This document shows, one piece after another, positions 36,937-46,248 of a stretch of 64,000 nt of DNA. The notes below the pieces were generated by a model, which saw only the letters and a program-made list of their open reading frames with translations, searched no databases and was not told the DNA's origin. How positions within the stretch are numbered: position 1 is the stretch's first letter; the number at the start of each line of letters is the position of its first letter. The stretch spans positions 2,735 to 66,734 of the forward strand of contig JABHLN010000005.1 in NCBI GenBank assembly GCA_018693105.1. Reading direction: 5' to 3'. The position numbers and the translations under genes were made by a program. This DNA comes from Desulfobacterales bacterium (GTDB lineage Bacteria > Desulfobacterota > Desulfobacteria > Desulfobacterales > SURF-7).

Positions 36937-39198
36937 ATGTCAGATAATTTTACTAAATCAGATTCATTAATTTCTGTGGATGAACGCAAAAAGAGAAAGC
37001 GTGAAGGCATTCTTGCTGTTTCCATTATTGCAATAATGGTGATTTTGACTTATGCGGAAACTCAGGTAATAACTTTTGGAACTGATATTCCGATTTCCAA
37101 TACAGTTTTAATGTTTATTCTTATAAACATTAATCTGTTACTTTTAATACTTTTAATGTTTCTTGTTTTTAGAAACATTGTAAAACTTATTTTTGCAAGG
37201 AGGAGAAAGATCCTTGGTGCGAAACTTCGCACAAAACTGGTCCTTGCCTTTATAACACTTTCTCTTTTACCAACAATAGTTCTTTTCTTCTTTTCAATTC
37301 ACTTTATTACATCGAGTATTGAGTTCTGGTTTAATGTTCCGGTGGAACAGTCTCTTGACAAGTCTTTGCTTGTGGGTAGGGAGCTTTACAAGCATATTGA
37401 GGAAAATAATAAATTTTTTATTGAAAGAGTAGCATATCAAATCAAGACAAAGAAACGTCTGGCTCCAAACAAAATAAAAAACCTTTCCCATTATATTCTT
37501 ATCAGTCAAAGGGAATTTCACCTTCACGGTGTTGAAGTATATGATACAAACTATAACAGAATTACTTTTGCCATTGATCCTGTACTTGAGAACAAATCGT
37601 TTGAGATTGTTTCAGCCGATGACATTCAAAAAGACATGGGAGATGACAAAGTCATAACAATAACTCAAGGTATCTCTTCCGGTGAACTAATAAGGACAAT
37701 AGGAACAGTTCCCTTCGGAGTAAAACAGGCAGATGCAGATGCGTTTGTTGTTATATCAATCCTTATTTCTCCCGAACTTTCCAAAAATCTGTCATCAATT
37801 ACAAGGGGTGTTGAGGAATACCAGCAGATAAAACTGCTGAAAAAAACAATTCAAATCGCAAATTCCATAACGCCCCTTTCAATAGTCGCACTTCTCGTTA
37901 TATTTTGTGCTGTATGGTATGGGCTTTATCTGGCGAAAACAATTACAATCCCAATTATGAAGCTTGCAGAGGGAACAAGGAGAGTTGCAGAGGGTGATCT
38001 TAGCTTTAATATGGACCTTGTTGCGGATGACGAAGTAGGAATTCTTGTGGATTCCTTTAATATAATGACTTCTGATCTCCGAAAAGGCAGGGAACAGCTG
38101 GAACTTTCAAATAAAATGCTTTCAGAGCAGAGAGATGAGATTGAGGAAAGGCGCCAGTACATGGAGATAATCCTGACTAATGTTTCTGCAGGTGTTATTT
38201 CTTTTGATGCTTCAGGAAAAGTCACAATGATAAACAAATCGGCTGAAAAAATGCTCAATATTGATGCCGTGAAAATACTTGGTAAAGATTATGAAGAGCT
38301 CCTGGCCTATGATAATCTGAAACTCGCAAGAGAGGTTATGGATTATTTTACTTCATCAGAAAATGATTCCCTGTCTCGTCATGTCAGAATAACAATTGGT
38401 GGAAAACCCCTAAGCTTTTCAATGAATATAAATGCTCTTAAGGATGATACAGGTCATTATATGGGGCTCGTTGTTGTGTTTGATGATATGACGGAGCTGG
38501 AAAGAGCGGAGCGCAAGGCTGCATGGCGGGAAGTAGCCAGAAGAATAGCCCATGAAGTAAAAAACCCTTTAACCCCAATAACTCTTTCCGCTCAGCGGTT
38601 GAAACGAAAATACTCCAAGCAGATTAATAATCCTGTCTTTGAAGAATGCACGAGCACAATAATTGATCATGTTGATCTTATTCGGAATCTTGTAAATGAG
38701 TTTTCACGTTTTGCCAGGTTTCCAAGCGCAAACCCAAAGCCTCGTGACCTTCTGCCCATTGTTGAGGAGACAGTAGCCCTATACAGGGAGGGACACCCTG
38801 ATGTTATTTTTGAAATCAGGGTTCTGGACAAGATACCTGAACTCAGCCTTGATCGTCAGCAGATAAAGCAGGCTTTAATAAATCTTGTTGATAATGCAAT
38901 AGCATCTTTGAATTTTAATAATGACGACTGTATATCATTTACCTTATCTTATGAACCTTCTTTAGAAAAGGCCCGGCTTATAGTAGCTGATACAGGATCT
39001 GGTATTTCAGATAAAGAAAAATCTCTATTGTTTGAACCTTATTTTTCAACAAAGAAAACAGGTATGGGCCTTGGACTTACTATTGTAAGCACAATTATTA
39101 ATGACCATAAAGGAACAATTTTCGTTGAGGATAATTCTCCCCGTGGAGTGAAATTTATTATTGAGTTTCCGGTTGAAGAAATGTTGATAGCCGATTAG
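36937..39198 (+). CDS. ntrY: NtrY-like sensor histidine kinase (TM-HAMP-PAS-HisKA-HATPase)
   Basis: Four N-terminal TM helices, a HAMP region, H-box AHEVKNPLTPI, N-box LVDNAIAS, G-boxes DTGSGI and GMGLGL. Confidence 0.85.
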   Translation: MSDNFTKSDSLISVDERKKRKREGILAVSIIAIMVILTYAETQVITFGTDIPISNTVLMFILININLLLLILLMFLVFRNIVKLIFARRRKILGAKLRTKLVLAFITLSLLPTIVLFFFSIHFITSSIEFWFNVPVEQSLDKSLLVGRELYKHIEENNKFFIERVAYQIKTKKRLAPNKIKNLSHYILISQREFHLHGVEVYDTNYNRITFAIDPVLENKSFEIVSADDIQKDMGDDKVITITQGISSGELIRTIGTVPFGVKQADADAFVVISILISPELSKNLSSITRGVEEYQQIKLLKKTIQIANSITPLSIVALLVIFCAVWYGLYLAKTITIPIMKLAEGTRRVAEGDLSFNMDLVADDEVGILVDSFNIMTSDLRKGREQLELSNKMLSEQRDEIEERRQYMEIILTNVSAGVISFDASGKVTMINKSAEKMLNIDAVKILGKDYEELLAYDNLKLAREVMDYFTSSENDSLSRHVRITIGGKPLSFSMNINALKDDTGHYMGLVVVFDDMTELERAERKAAWREVARRIAHEVKNPLTPITLSAQRLKRKYSKQINNPVFEECTSTIIDHVDLIRNLVNEFSRFARFPSANPKPRDLLPIVEETVALYREGHPDVIFEIRVLDKIPELSLDRQQIKQALINLVDNAIASLNFNNDDCISFTLSYEPSLEKARLIVADTGSGISDKEKSLLFEPYFSTKKTGMGLGLTIVSTIINDHKGTIFVEDNSPRGVKFIIEFPVEEMLIAD

Positions 39199-39232
39199 AC
39201 ATTCTATCAGGCATTTCATATGTTCTGATATT

Positions 39233-39385
39233 TGATGGAGTCGTAAAAAGTCTCCATCTACTGTGTTATAGTGTTTGGCCAGACGTTCGACATACTACAT
39301 GTATGCCTTCACGTCTGGCCAAATACTATGCCTTGTATATGAAGATTTTACTTAGCCATCGGTTATACTTTTTACGAGTTCATCA
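39233..39385. repeat. Family-A MITE-like repeat (best-preserved copy)
   Basis: 19-nt TIRs: TGATGGAGTCGTAAAAAGT versus the reverse complement of ACTTTTTACGAGTTCATCA (2 mismatches). Perfect 12-bp internal stem TTGGCCAGACGT/ACGTCTGGCCAA. Confidence 0.8.
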
Positions 39386-39426
39386 TATTTAATACCGGTT
39401 TATTTATTTTGAGGAGTATAAAAAAT

Positions 39427-40782
39427 ATGTTTCCAACCATTCTTATAGTAGATGATGAGGTCTCAATTCTTAAGTCTCTGAGTGGTCTTTTGTCTGATGA
39501 CGGATTTGAAGTTTTAACAGCATCAAATGGATATGAAGCTCTTAAGATTATCGATAAAGAACTACCTGACCTTGTCCTTCTTGACATATGGATGCCTGGT
39601 ATAGACGGTATTGAGACATTAAAGGAGATTAAGAAAGAGAATCATTATGTTCAGGTTGTTATGATAACCGGACACGGAACAATCGAGACTGCTGTCCAGG
39701 CGACCAAGATGGGAGCATTTGATTTTATAGAAAAACCGCTTTCCATAGATAAAGTTATTGTAACAATTAATAATGCCCTTAATTTCAGGCGACTTGAAGA
39801 AGAAAACAGGTTTTTAAGGACCAAGACCATTGAGAAGCACTCAATAAGCGGTGTCAGTGAACCGGTTTTAAAATTAAAAGAACAAATAGCGGTCTCTGCA
39901 CCTACTGACGCATGGATACTGGTCACAGGTGAGAATGGAACAGGAAAAGAGCTGGTTGCGCGAACTATTCACCAGTTAAGTCAGCGAGCGGAAAAAGCGC
40001 TGGTAGAGGTTAACTGTGCTGCTATTCCGGATGAATTAATAGAGAGCGAGCTTTTTGGTAGTGAAATATCACCATTATCCGGCTCATCTTTAAAAACAAT
40101 AGGAAAGTTTGAACTTGCAAACAGTGGTACGATATTTCTTGATGAGGTCGGTGATATGAGTTTGAAGACCCAGTCCAAGATTCTTCGAGTTCTTCAGGAA
40201 CAGAAATTTGAGAGGGTTGGCGGAGGCAGGGTTATTAATTTTAATGCCCGTGTTATTTCTGCAACCAATAAGAATCTGGAACTGGAGATTGAAAAAGGCA
40301 ATTTCAGAGAGGATCTATACTATCGTCTTAATGTTATACCTATTCAAGTACCACCTCTTAGGGAGCGTTCCGATGACTTGATGGTTCTTGTAGATTCATT
40401 TTTTGAAAAATGCGCGAAACAATATCAGAGTAGTAAGAAAATAATGACCAAAGAAGCGCTTCAACTATTAACTAATTATTCATGGCCGGGTAATGTCAGG
40501 GAGCTTCAGAATCTTGTTGAAAGGCTTGCAATCATGGTTCTTAGTGATGAGATCAATGCTTCAGATATACCTGCGCCTTATAATCCTGATGTTCCTGACG
40601 GTGTTGATTCTGCCGAAGCAAAGATTTTTTCAATTGATAGCCTTAAAGAAGCAAAGAATGCCTTTGAAAAAGTATTTATTGAAAAAAAGCTTTTACGGCA
40701 TGAAAAGAATGTTACCAAAACTGCGGAGACTATGGGCGTAGATCGAAGTTATCTGCACAGAAAATTAAAAAAAATGAAATAA
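39427..40782 (+). CDS. ntrX: NtrX-like response regulator (REC - AAA+ - HTH), GAFTGA motif absent
   Basis: REC domain (ILIVDDE...DIWMPGIDG), Walker A GENGTGKE, Walker B FLDEVGD, C-terminal HTH. ELFGSEISPLSGSS replaces the usual ELFGHEKGAFTGA. ATG at 39427 follows GAGGAG. Confidence 0.9.
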   Translation: MFPTILIVDDEVSILKSLSGLLSDDGFEVLTASNGYEALKIIDKELPDLVLLDIWMPGIDGIETLKEIKKENHYVQVVMITGHGTIETAVQATKMGAFDFIEKPLSIDKVIVTINNALNFRRLEEENRFLRTKTIEKHSISGVSEPVLKLKEQIAVSAPTDAWILVTGENGTGKELVARTIHQLSQRAEKALVEVNCAAIPDELIESELFGSEISPLSGSSLKTIGKFELANSGTIFLDEVGDMSLKTQSKILRVLQEQKFERVGGGRVINFNARVISATNKNLELEIEKGNFREDLYYRLNVIPIQVPPLRERSDDLMVLVDSFFEKCAKQYQSSKKIMTKEALQLLTNYSWPGNVRELQNLVERLAIMVLSDEINASDIPAPYNPDVPDGVDSAEAKIFSIDSLKEAKNAFEKVFIEKKLLRHEKNVTKTAETMGVDRSYLHRKLKKMK

Positions 40783-40787
40783 GTAAT

Positions 40788-41348
40788 ATGGGCTTAAGGA
40801 TAATAGGCGGCAGTTTAAGAGGAAAAAAAATTCTTTCTGTTAAAGGTGATGTAACAAGACCAACATCTGACAGGCTGAGAGAGTCAATTTTTAATATCAT
40901 TTCCTTTCGTATAAAAGAAGCTGTGGTGCTTGATCTTTATGCCGGAACCGGTGCCTTTGGCCTTGAATCTTTAAGTCGAGGTGCAGGATCAGTTGTTTTT
41001 GTTGATAATTACAGAGACGCACTTGATGTTATTAAAAAAAATATCAGTTTATGTAATATGGATAACCGGTCAAAGGTTATAAATTGTAATATCATTAAAA
41101 ATCTGAATTGCTTAAGTACAAAACAGACTTTTTTTGACATGGTTATTATGGATCCTCCCTATAACCGGGAAACAATAAAAAAAACTCTTTACAACCTCCA
41201 TGACAGCCATTGTCTTAAACCTGATGCAATGGTTGTTGTTGAGCATTTTCCCCTTGAAACCATATATGAAGGATTTGATTTTTTCCAAATTACGAGTCAA
41301 AGAAAGTATGGTAAAAAACTTGTTTCATTTTTATCTTATATGATATGA
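40788..41348 (+). CDS. rsmD: 16S rRNA (guanine966-N2)-methyltransferase
   Basis: DLYAGTGAFGLE SAM motif and the DPPY catalytic motif (IMDPPYN). Usual position upstream of coaD. Confidence 0.85.
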   Translation: MGLRIIGGSLRGKKILSVKGDVTRPTSDRLRESIFNIISFRIKEAVVLDLYAGTGAFGLESLSRGAGSVVFVDNYRDALDVIKKNISLCNMDNRSKVINCNIIKNLNCLSTKQTFFDMVIMDPPYNRETIKKTLYNLHDSHCLKPDAMVVVEHFPLETIYEGFDFFQITSQRKYGKKLVSFLSYMI

Positions 41349-41456
41349 TATCAATTATATTTACTAATTAATGTATTCTAACTTATTGATTATGCGAGCA
41401 TTGGAATTCGGATTTTATTAATTGTATAAAGGCTTATATAAAGGATCTCAAAATCT

Positions 41457-41936
41457 ATGGAAAGAATTGCTATATACCCCGGATCGTTTGACCCGCCTAC
41501 AAATGGTCATATAGATATGGTAGAAAGAGGACTCAAAATTTTTGACAAAATTATTGTAGCCATCCTGATAAACCCTTCAAAGAAATCACTCTTTACTGTT
41601 GAAGAAAGAAAAGAGATGTTCAAGGCCAGTCTGAAAAATTGTCCAAATATCGAAATTGATTTTTTTGAAGGGCTGCTTGTTGATTATGTGGTAAAGAAAA
41701 AAGCCCATGTGGTAATACGAGGTTTGCGGGCAGTATCTGATTTTGAATATGAATTTCAGCTTGCAATGATGAATAGAAAGCTGAACAGGGAAATACAGAC
41801 TGTTTTTCTTATGACAGGGCTCAGATGGGTTTATATAAGTTCATCAATAGTGAAAGAAGCGGCAAGCTTTGGAGCAGACGTGTCAAGCATGGTTCCTGAG
41901 AGTGTCAATAAGATGCTTATTAAGAAATATAGTTAG
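41457..41936 (+). CDS. coaD: Phosphopantetheine adenylyltransferase
   Basis: YPGSFDPPTNGHIDM motif. 159 aa. Confidence 0.95.
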   Translation: MERIAIYPGSFDPPTNGHIDMVERGLKIFDKIIVAILINPSKKSLFTVEERKEMFKASLKNCPNIEIDFFEGLLVDYVVKKKAHVVIRGLRAVSDFEYEFQLAMMNRKLNREIQTVFLMTGLRWVYISSSIVKEAASFGADVSSMVPESVNKMLIKKYS

Positions 41937-42080
41937 TGCCCATCCTGAAATGGTCTTTTTGCCCAATATCTGCGTTGCGCTGCATCCCTCGTCATTGCGG
42001 CGTACGATAAGTACGCCTCATTCCTCGGGATTTGCGTCGCCTTGATCTTGAACAAAAATCCTCATTTCTATATGGACACT
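41935..42080. repeat. Family-C palindromic repeat (GC-richer centre), filling the coaD/pcm convergent spacer
   Basis: AGTGCCCATCCTGAAATGGTCTTTTTGCCCAAT...CTTGATCTTGAACAAAAATCCTCATTTCTATATGGACACT. The arms pair imperfectly along their length. The element overlaps the coaD TAG stop, and AGTTAG is present on both flanks. Confidence 0.65.
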
Positions 42081-42089
42081 AGTTAGGGT

Positions 42090-42758
42090 TTATGTTTTTT
42101 TAGGACTTTTCCACGCATGCTCGCCTATTAACTGTACAAATCGGCATTTTCCAAGATTCGTTTTATGAATCCCTGATTCATCTTTATAAACTTTGATCAG
42201 TTCCTGTGTGTCTTTACTGCCCACAGGGATTATCAAGCGCCCACCTATTGCGAGTTGGTTAATTAGCGGTTCCGGTATTTTTGGCGATCCGGCAGTTATG
42301 ATTATTGCATCAAATGGTCCCTCGTCTCTATAGCCTGAAGTGCCGTCAGAGTATCGGGTTAGAATATTGTGGTATTTTAATTTATCAAAAAGGCTTCGCG
42401 TTTTTATATAAAGAGGGTGAATTCTTTCAATGGTGTAGACCTTTTCTACAATTTCAGCTAAAATTGCGGCCTGATAACCTGAACCTGTTCCAATTTCCAG
42501 AACCTTGTCTTCACCTGTTAACTCAAGCTCCTGTGTCATTTCAGCAACAATATAGGGTTGTGATATAGTTTGGTTATTTCCTATTGGAAGAGGTGAGTCG
42601 ATATATGCCTTGTCAATGAATGCTTCATTAACAAAAAGGTGTCTTGGTACCTTTCTGAAAGCCTCAAGCACTCTATTGTCATTTATTCCCCTGGCCTCAA
42701 GCTGTTTTTTTACCATTTCTTCACGGCGGAATGTAAATTTTTTTTCTTCTCTAATCAT
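42090..42758 (-). CDS. pcm: Protein-L-isoaspartate O-methyltransferase
   Basis: VPRHLFV, NQTISQPYIVA and the LEIGTGSGYQAA SAM motif. The start is uncertain (ATG 42758, or 42716, or TTG 42776). Confidence 0.9.
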   Translation of the reverse strand: MIREEKKFTFRREEMVKKQLEARGINDNRVLEAFRKVPRHLFVNEAFIDKAYIDSPLPIGNNQTISQPYIVAEMTQELELTGEDKVLEIGTGSGYQAAILAEIVEKVYTIERIHPLYIKTRSLFDKLKYHNILTRYSDGTSGYRDEGPFDAIIITAGSPKIPEPLINQLAIGGRLIIPVGSKDTQELIKVYKDESGIHKTNLGKCRFVQLIGEHAWKSPKKT

Positions 42759-42805
42759 AATAATAATTTTTATCAATTAGGTTGAATTGCGTCAAGAAAA
42801 TTGAC

Positions 42806-42947
42806 TAGAACCTATCTCAAAAAAACATGTATCGTCCGATGGCTGTGTTATCTGCTGATTCAAAATGCTAACATACTAGGTGTATGCTGCGCTTTCTCAT
42901 CATCATATGCTTTACCCTCGAACCCAATCTGCATTTTTGAGATGGGC
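42806..42947. repeat. Family-B palindromic repeat, long copy
   Basis: TAGAACCTATCTCAAAAAAACATG...GCGCTTTCTCATCATCATATGCTTTACCCTCGAACCCAATCTGCATTTTTGAGATGGGC. The ends are inverted (AACCTATCTCAAAAA / TTTTTGAGATGGGC). Confidence 0.5.
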
Positions 42948-43096
42948 TTTAATAATATGATAAAAGTTATTTATTTCCTTGAATTATTTGCTTATTTTTA
43001 ATATTAAATGTTTTGAGATTTTTCGAATCAAAAATTCAATCTATCAATAAAAATTTACAAGACATTTTTCCGGTAAATACGGGTTAGGTTTTCACA

Positions 43097-44095
43097 GTGG
43101 ACAGTTTTAAATATCTGGTCACATCAGTCATGTTATCGGTGGCTTTTGTTGGTGCCAGTACTGCCGGCTATATGCTGATTGAAGAGTGGAGTTTTCTGGA
43201 TGCTTTATATATGACTGTTACCACTCTTACTACAGTGGGATTTAATGAAGTTCATAAATTAAGCAGGCCCGGGCAGATATATACGATCTTTATTATTTTT
43301 TTGGGAGTAGGCTTTATTTTATATGTTGCAGGTGCCGTTGTACAATTTATGGTCGAAGGTCGACTCAGACTTTTATTGGGGAGAAAAAGATTGGAAAATA
43401 AAATTAACCGTTTGAAAAACCATCATATTGTATGCGGGTATGGGCGTATCGGGCAGGTATTATGTGAGAAGCTTCGAGAGCAGTCGGTTGATCTTGTAGT
43501 AATAGAAAACAATCCTGACCTTATACCTGTTATGGATAATGATAAAATTCTATATGTGAGCGGGAGTGCTTCAGATGAGGCCAATTTGCACAAGGCCTTA
43601 ATCAAAAAGGCCAAGGTCCTGATTGCGGCTCTTGCGACAGATATTGACAATGTATTTCTTGTTTTGACTGCGAGACAGTTGAACCCTGATCTTTTTATTC
43701 TTGCAAGGACCAGCCTTAAGGAGTCTGAAGCAAAATTACGTGCAGCCGGAGCTAATATGGTTGAATCACCGTATGATATTGGTGCTGTTCGAATGGCCCA
43801 AAGGCTTCTAAGACCTACGGTGACAAGTTTTCTTGATACAGCTCTTACAAAACATGATAAAAACATTCAAATGGAAGAGATACCTGTTCATCAATCTTCG
43901 AAACTTTCTGATGTTGCCCTCAAGGATTCAGGAATAAGGCAAATGTTTGACCTGATTATTATTGCTATGAAAAAGGCTAATGGAAATATGCTTTTCAATC
44001 CGTCGTTTGAAACTGTTATTGAAGGCGGCGATACGGTTATTGCTGTAGGCGAGCATGGCAATCTTGTAAAACTCGAGAATGTACTTAACCCCTAG
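43097..44095 (+). CDS. Two-TM pore-loop cation channel with RCK (TrkA-N/TrkA-C) domains, atypical selectivity filter
   Basis: M1-P-M2 topology with filter TLTTVGFNE. RCK Rossmann motif HIVCGYGRIGQ. C-terminal TrkA-C-like domain. GTG start at 43097. Confidence 0.8.
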   Translation: MDSFKYLVTSVMLSVAFVGASTAGYMLIEEWSFLDALYMTVTTLTTVGFNEVHKLSRPGQIYTIFIIFLGVGFILYVAGAVVQFMVEGRLRLLLGRKRLENKINRLKNHHIVCGYGRIGQVLCEKLREQSVDLVVIENNPDLIPVMDNDKILYVSGSASDEANLHKALIKKAKVLIAALATDIDNVFLVLTARQLNPDLFILARTSLKESEAKLRAAGANMVESPYDIGAVRMAQRLLRPTVTSFLDTALTKHDKNIQMEEIPVHQSSKLSDVALKDSGIRQMFDLIIIAMKKANGNMLFNPSFETVIEGGDTVIAVGEHGNLVKLENVLNP

Positions 44096-44116
44096 AGACT
44101 TTTTACTAATCCATCA
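44094..44116. repeat. Solo terminal inverted repeat of family A (reverse orientation)
   Basis: AGAGACTTTTTACTAATCCATCA versus the reverse complement of the A TIR, GGAGACTTTTTACGACTCCATCA. It spans the whole spacer between two convergent genes and includes the TGA stop of the minus-strand gene. Confidence 0.5.
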
Positions 44117-44701
44117 AATTTTATATATAATACGTTTTTCGGTAATAATTATATCAATATACTTGTCGTGGGACTCCATAGGAACCTGTTGAATTATCTG
44201 GTCTTCATATGCGAGCGATATCTTCCTCGTAGTAATCGGAAGCTTGGAAATAAACCTGTCGTAATATCCTTCGCCAGAACCTATCCTCCCGCCTTTTTCA
44301 TCAAAGGCAACTCCAGGAATTATTGCTATATCAATAGTTTCAATAGGAATAGCTTTTGACTTTGCAGGGTCAGGTTCTAGTATTCCTCTATCACCTTTTA
44401 TGAGATCTGAGTCTAAATTTTCTACCTTCATAAGAGTCATATTCTTTTTTTCAGTATCAAAAGCAGGAAGAGCAAAAGCTTTTTTATATTTTATGCATTT
44501 TTTCAGTATTTCGGTGGTTCTCACCTCACAATTTTGATTAATATATAAAAACGAAATATTAGCTTCAAGAAAATTTGCAAATTCAAAAAGTTGGTTTTCG
44601 ATAAGCGTATTTTTTTTGTGAAGTTCATCCTCGTTAATCGAATTAATCAGATCATATATGCTGCTTTGAATTTCTCGTTTTTTTTCTTTAATATCCTCCA
44701 T
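44114..44701 (-). CDS. 5-formyltetrahydrofolate cyclo-ligase
   Basis: IIPGVAFDEKGGRIGSGEGYYDRF motif. 195 aa. Confidence 0.8.
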   Translation of the reverse strand: MEDIKEKKREIQSSIYDLINSINEDELHKKNTLIENQLFEFANFLEANISFLYINQNCEVRTTEILKKCIKYKKAFALPAFDTEKKNMTLMKVENLDSDLIKGDRGILEPDPAKSKAIPIETIDIAIIPGVAFDEKGGRIGSGEGYYDRFISKLPITTRKISLAYEDQIIQQVPMESHDKYIDIIITEKRIIYKI

Positions 44702-44973
44702 AAAAACATCTCCAATTTAGAAATAATTAATTTTTTTACTTATAGGCAGAATAAGTAATTAAAGTCAACTTATAATAATCATTGACTAATTAGACAGTGA
44801 GTGATAATTTAGTTATTCCGCTCTTGATGACTATTACTGTTTTTAAAGGCCGGAATCGAAAGACATTTATTTTTATCATATTCCGCATGCTTTTTCTCCA
44901 TCCCCTGATTCAAAAAATATTGTAATTGAGTTGCAGGAAAAGGTGCTGATAAAATTGAAATACAGGTATTGAT

Positions 44974-46248
44974 ATGCTGGAATTGAAATATGTTAGACAA
45001 AATATTGATGCAGTTAAACGCGTTCTTATTGATCGAAATGATTCTACTGATCTTGATAAATTTGAAAAATCTGAAGCAAAGCGACGAGAGATTCTGGTTG
45101 AAATTGAGGCTTTAAGAAATAGTAGAAATGTAGTCTCTGATGAAATCGCAAAGATGAAACGCCAGGGGGAAAATGCAGATACACTTGTTAGTGATATGCG
45201 CACAGTTTCTGCAAAGATCAAAGAGATTGAAAAAACCTTATCTGAAAATGAGGAAATTGTAAAAAACACACTTATAAGTATACCGAATATTCCTCATCCT
45301 TCAGTTCCGGTTGGAAATGATGAAAGTGACAACTCGCTTGTAAGGCAGGTTGGTAACATACCGGATTTTAATTTTAAACCGCTTGCTCACTGGACACTTG
45401 GTGAAAACCTGAAAATACTGGATTTTGAAAAAGCTTCAAAGATTACCGGAGCGCGATTCCCGTTATATATGGGAGCAGGTGCAAGGATTGAAAGAGGGTT
45501 GATTAACTTTATGCTTGACCTTCATACAGGTGAGCATGGTTACACGGAGGTTTTACCCCCGTTCATTGTTAATCGAAATTCAATGACAAATACCGGACAG
45601 CTTCCAAAATTTGAGGAGGACCTTTTTAAGCTTGATGGATGGGATTATTATCTGATACCAACAGCCGAGGTGCCGGTAACAAATATTCTTCAGAAAGAAA
45701 CGCTGGATGAATCAACGTTGCCCGTTAAATATACCGCCTGTACCCCATGTTTCAGATCAGAAGCCGGTTCATACGGCAAAGATACCAGGGGCTTAATCAG
45801 GCAACACCAGTTTAATAAGGTTGAACTGGTAAAATTTGCTCATCCTGATAAGTCCTATGATGAACTTGAAACACTTTTAAATAATGCCGAAGAGGTGCTT
45901 AAGCGCCTTGAACTGCCTTACCGGGTGGTTTTACTCTGTACTGGTGATTTAGGTTTCTCTGCAGCAAAAACATATGATATAGAAGTATGGATGCCCGCAC
46001 AGGGTATGTATCGGGAAATTTCATCATGCAGTAATTTTGAGAGCTTTCAGGCAAGACGTGGAAATATCAGGTTCAAAAGCAAGGGGAAAAAAGGAACCGA
46101 GCTTGTTCACACTTTGAATGGTTCAGGGTTGGCTGTTGGTCGCACAGTGGCTGCCATATTGGAAAACTATCAACAGGAAGACGGGTCTGTTGTTATTCCT
46201 GATGGTTTGCGCCCTTATATGGGAAATATGGAAAGAATTCAGTTATGA
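44974..46248 (+). CDS. serS: Serine--tRNA ligase
   Basis: N-terminal coiled-coil arm, class II motifs ([16 protein letters not shown]). 424 aa. Confidence 0.95.
   Translation: MLELKYVRQNIDAVKRVLIDRNDSTDLDKFEKSEAKRREILVEIEALRNSRNVVSDEIAKMKRQGENADTLVSDMRTVSAKIKEIEKTLSENEEIVKNTLISIPNIPHPSVPVGNDESDNSLVRQVGNIPDFNFKPLAHWTLGENLKILDFEKASKITGARFPLYMGAGARIERGLINFMLDLHTGEHGYTEVLPPFIVNRNSMTNTGQLPKFEEDLFKLDGWDYYLIPTAEVPVTNILQKETLDESTLPVKYTACTPCFRSEAGSYGKDTRGLIRQHQFNKVELVKFAHPDKSYDELETLLNNAEEVLKRLELPYRVVLLCTGDLGFSAAKTYDIEVWMPAQGMYREISSCSNFESFQARRGNIRFKSKGKKGTELVHTLNGSGLAVGRTVAAILENYQQEDGSVVIPDGLRPYMGNMERIQL

Noticed and set aside
42880-42925. Hammerhead-ribozyme-like GATGAGAA box within family-B repeats (minus strand).
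   Set aside because: The CUGAUGA core is not matched (CCGATGA / ATGATGA), there is no stem II of adequate length, and there is no GAAA plus cleavage-site arrangement.
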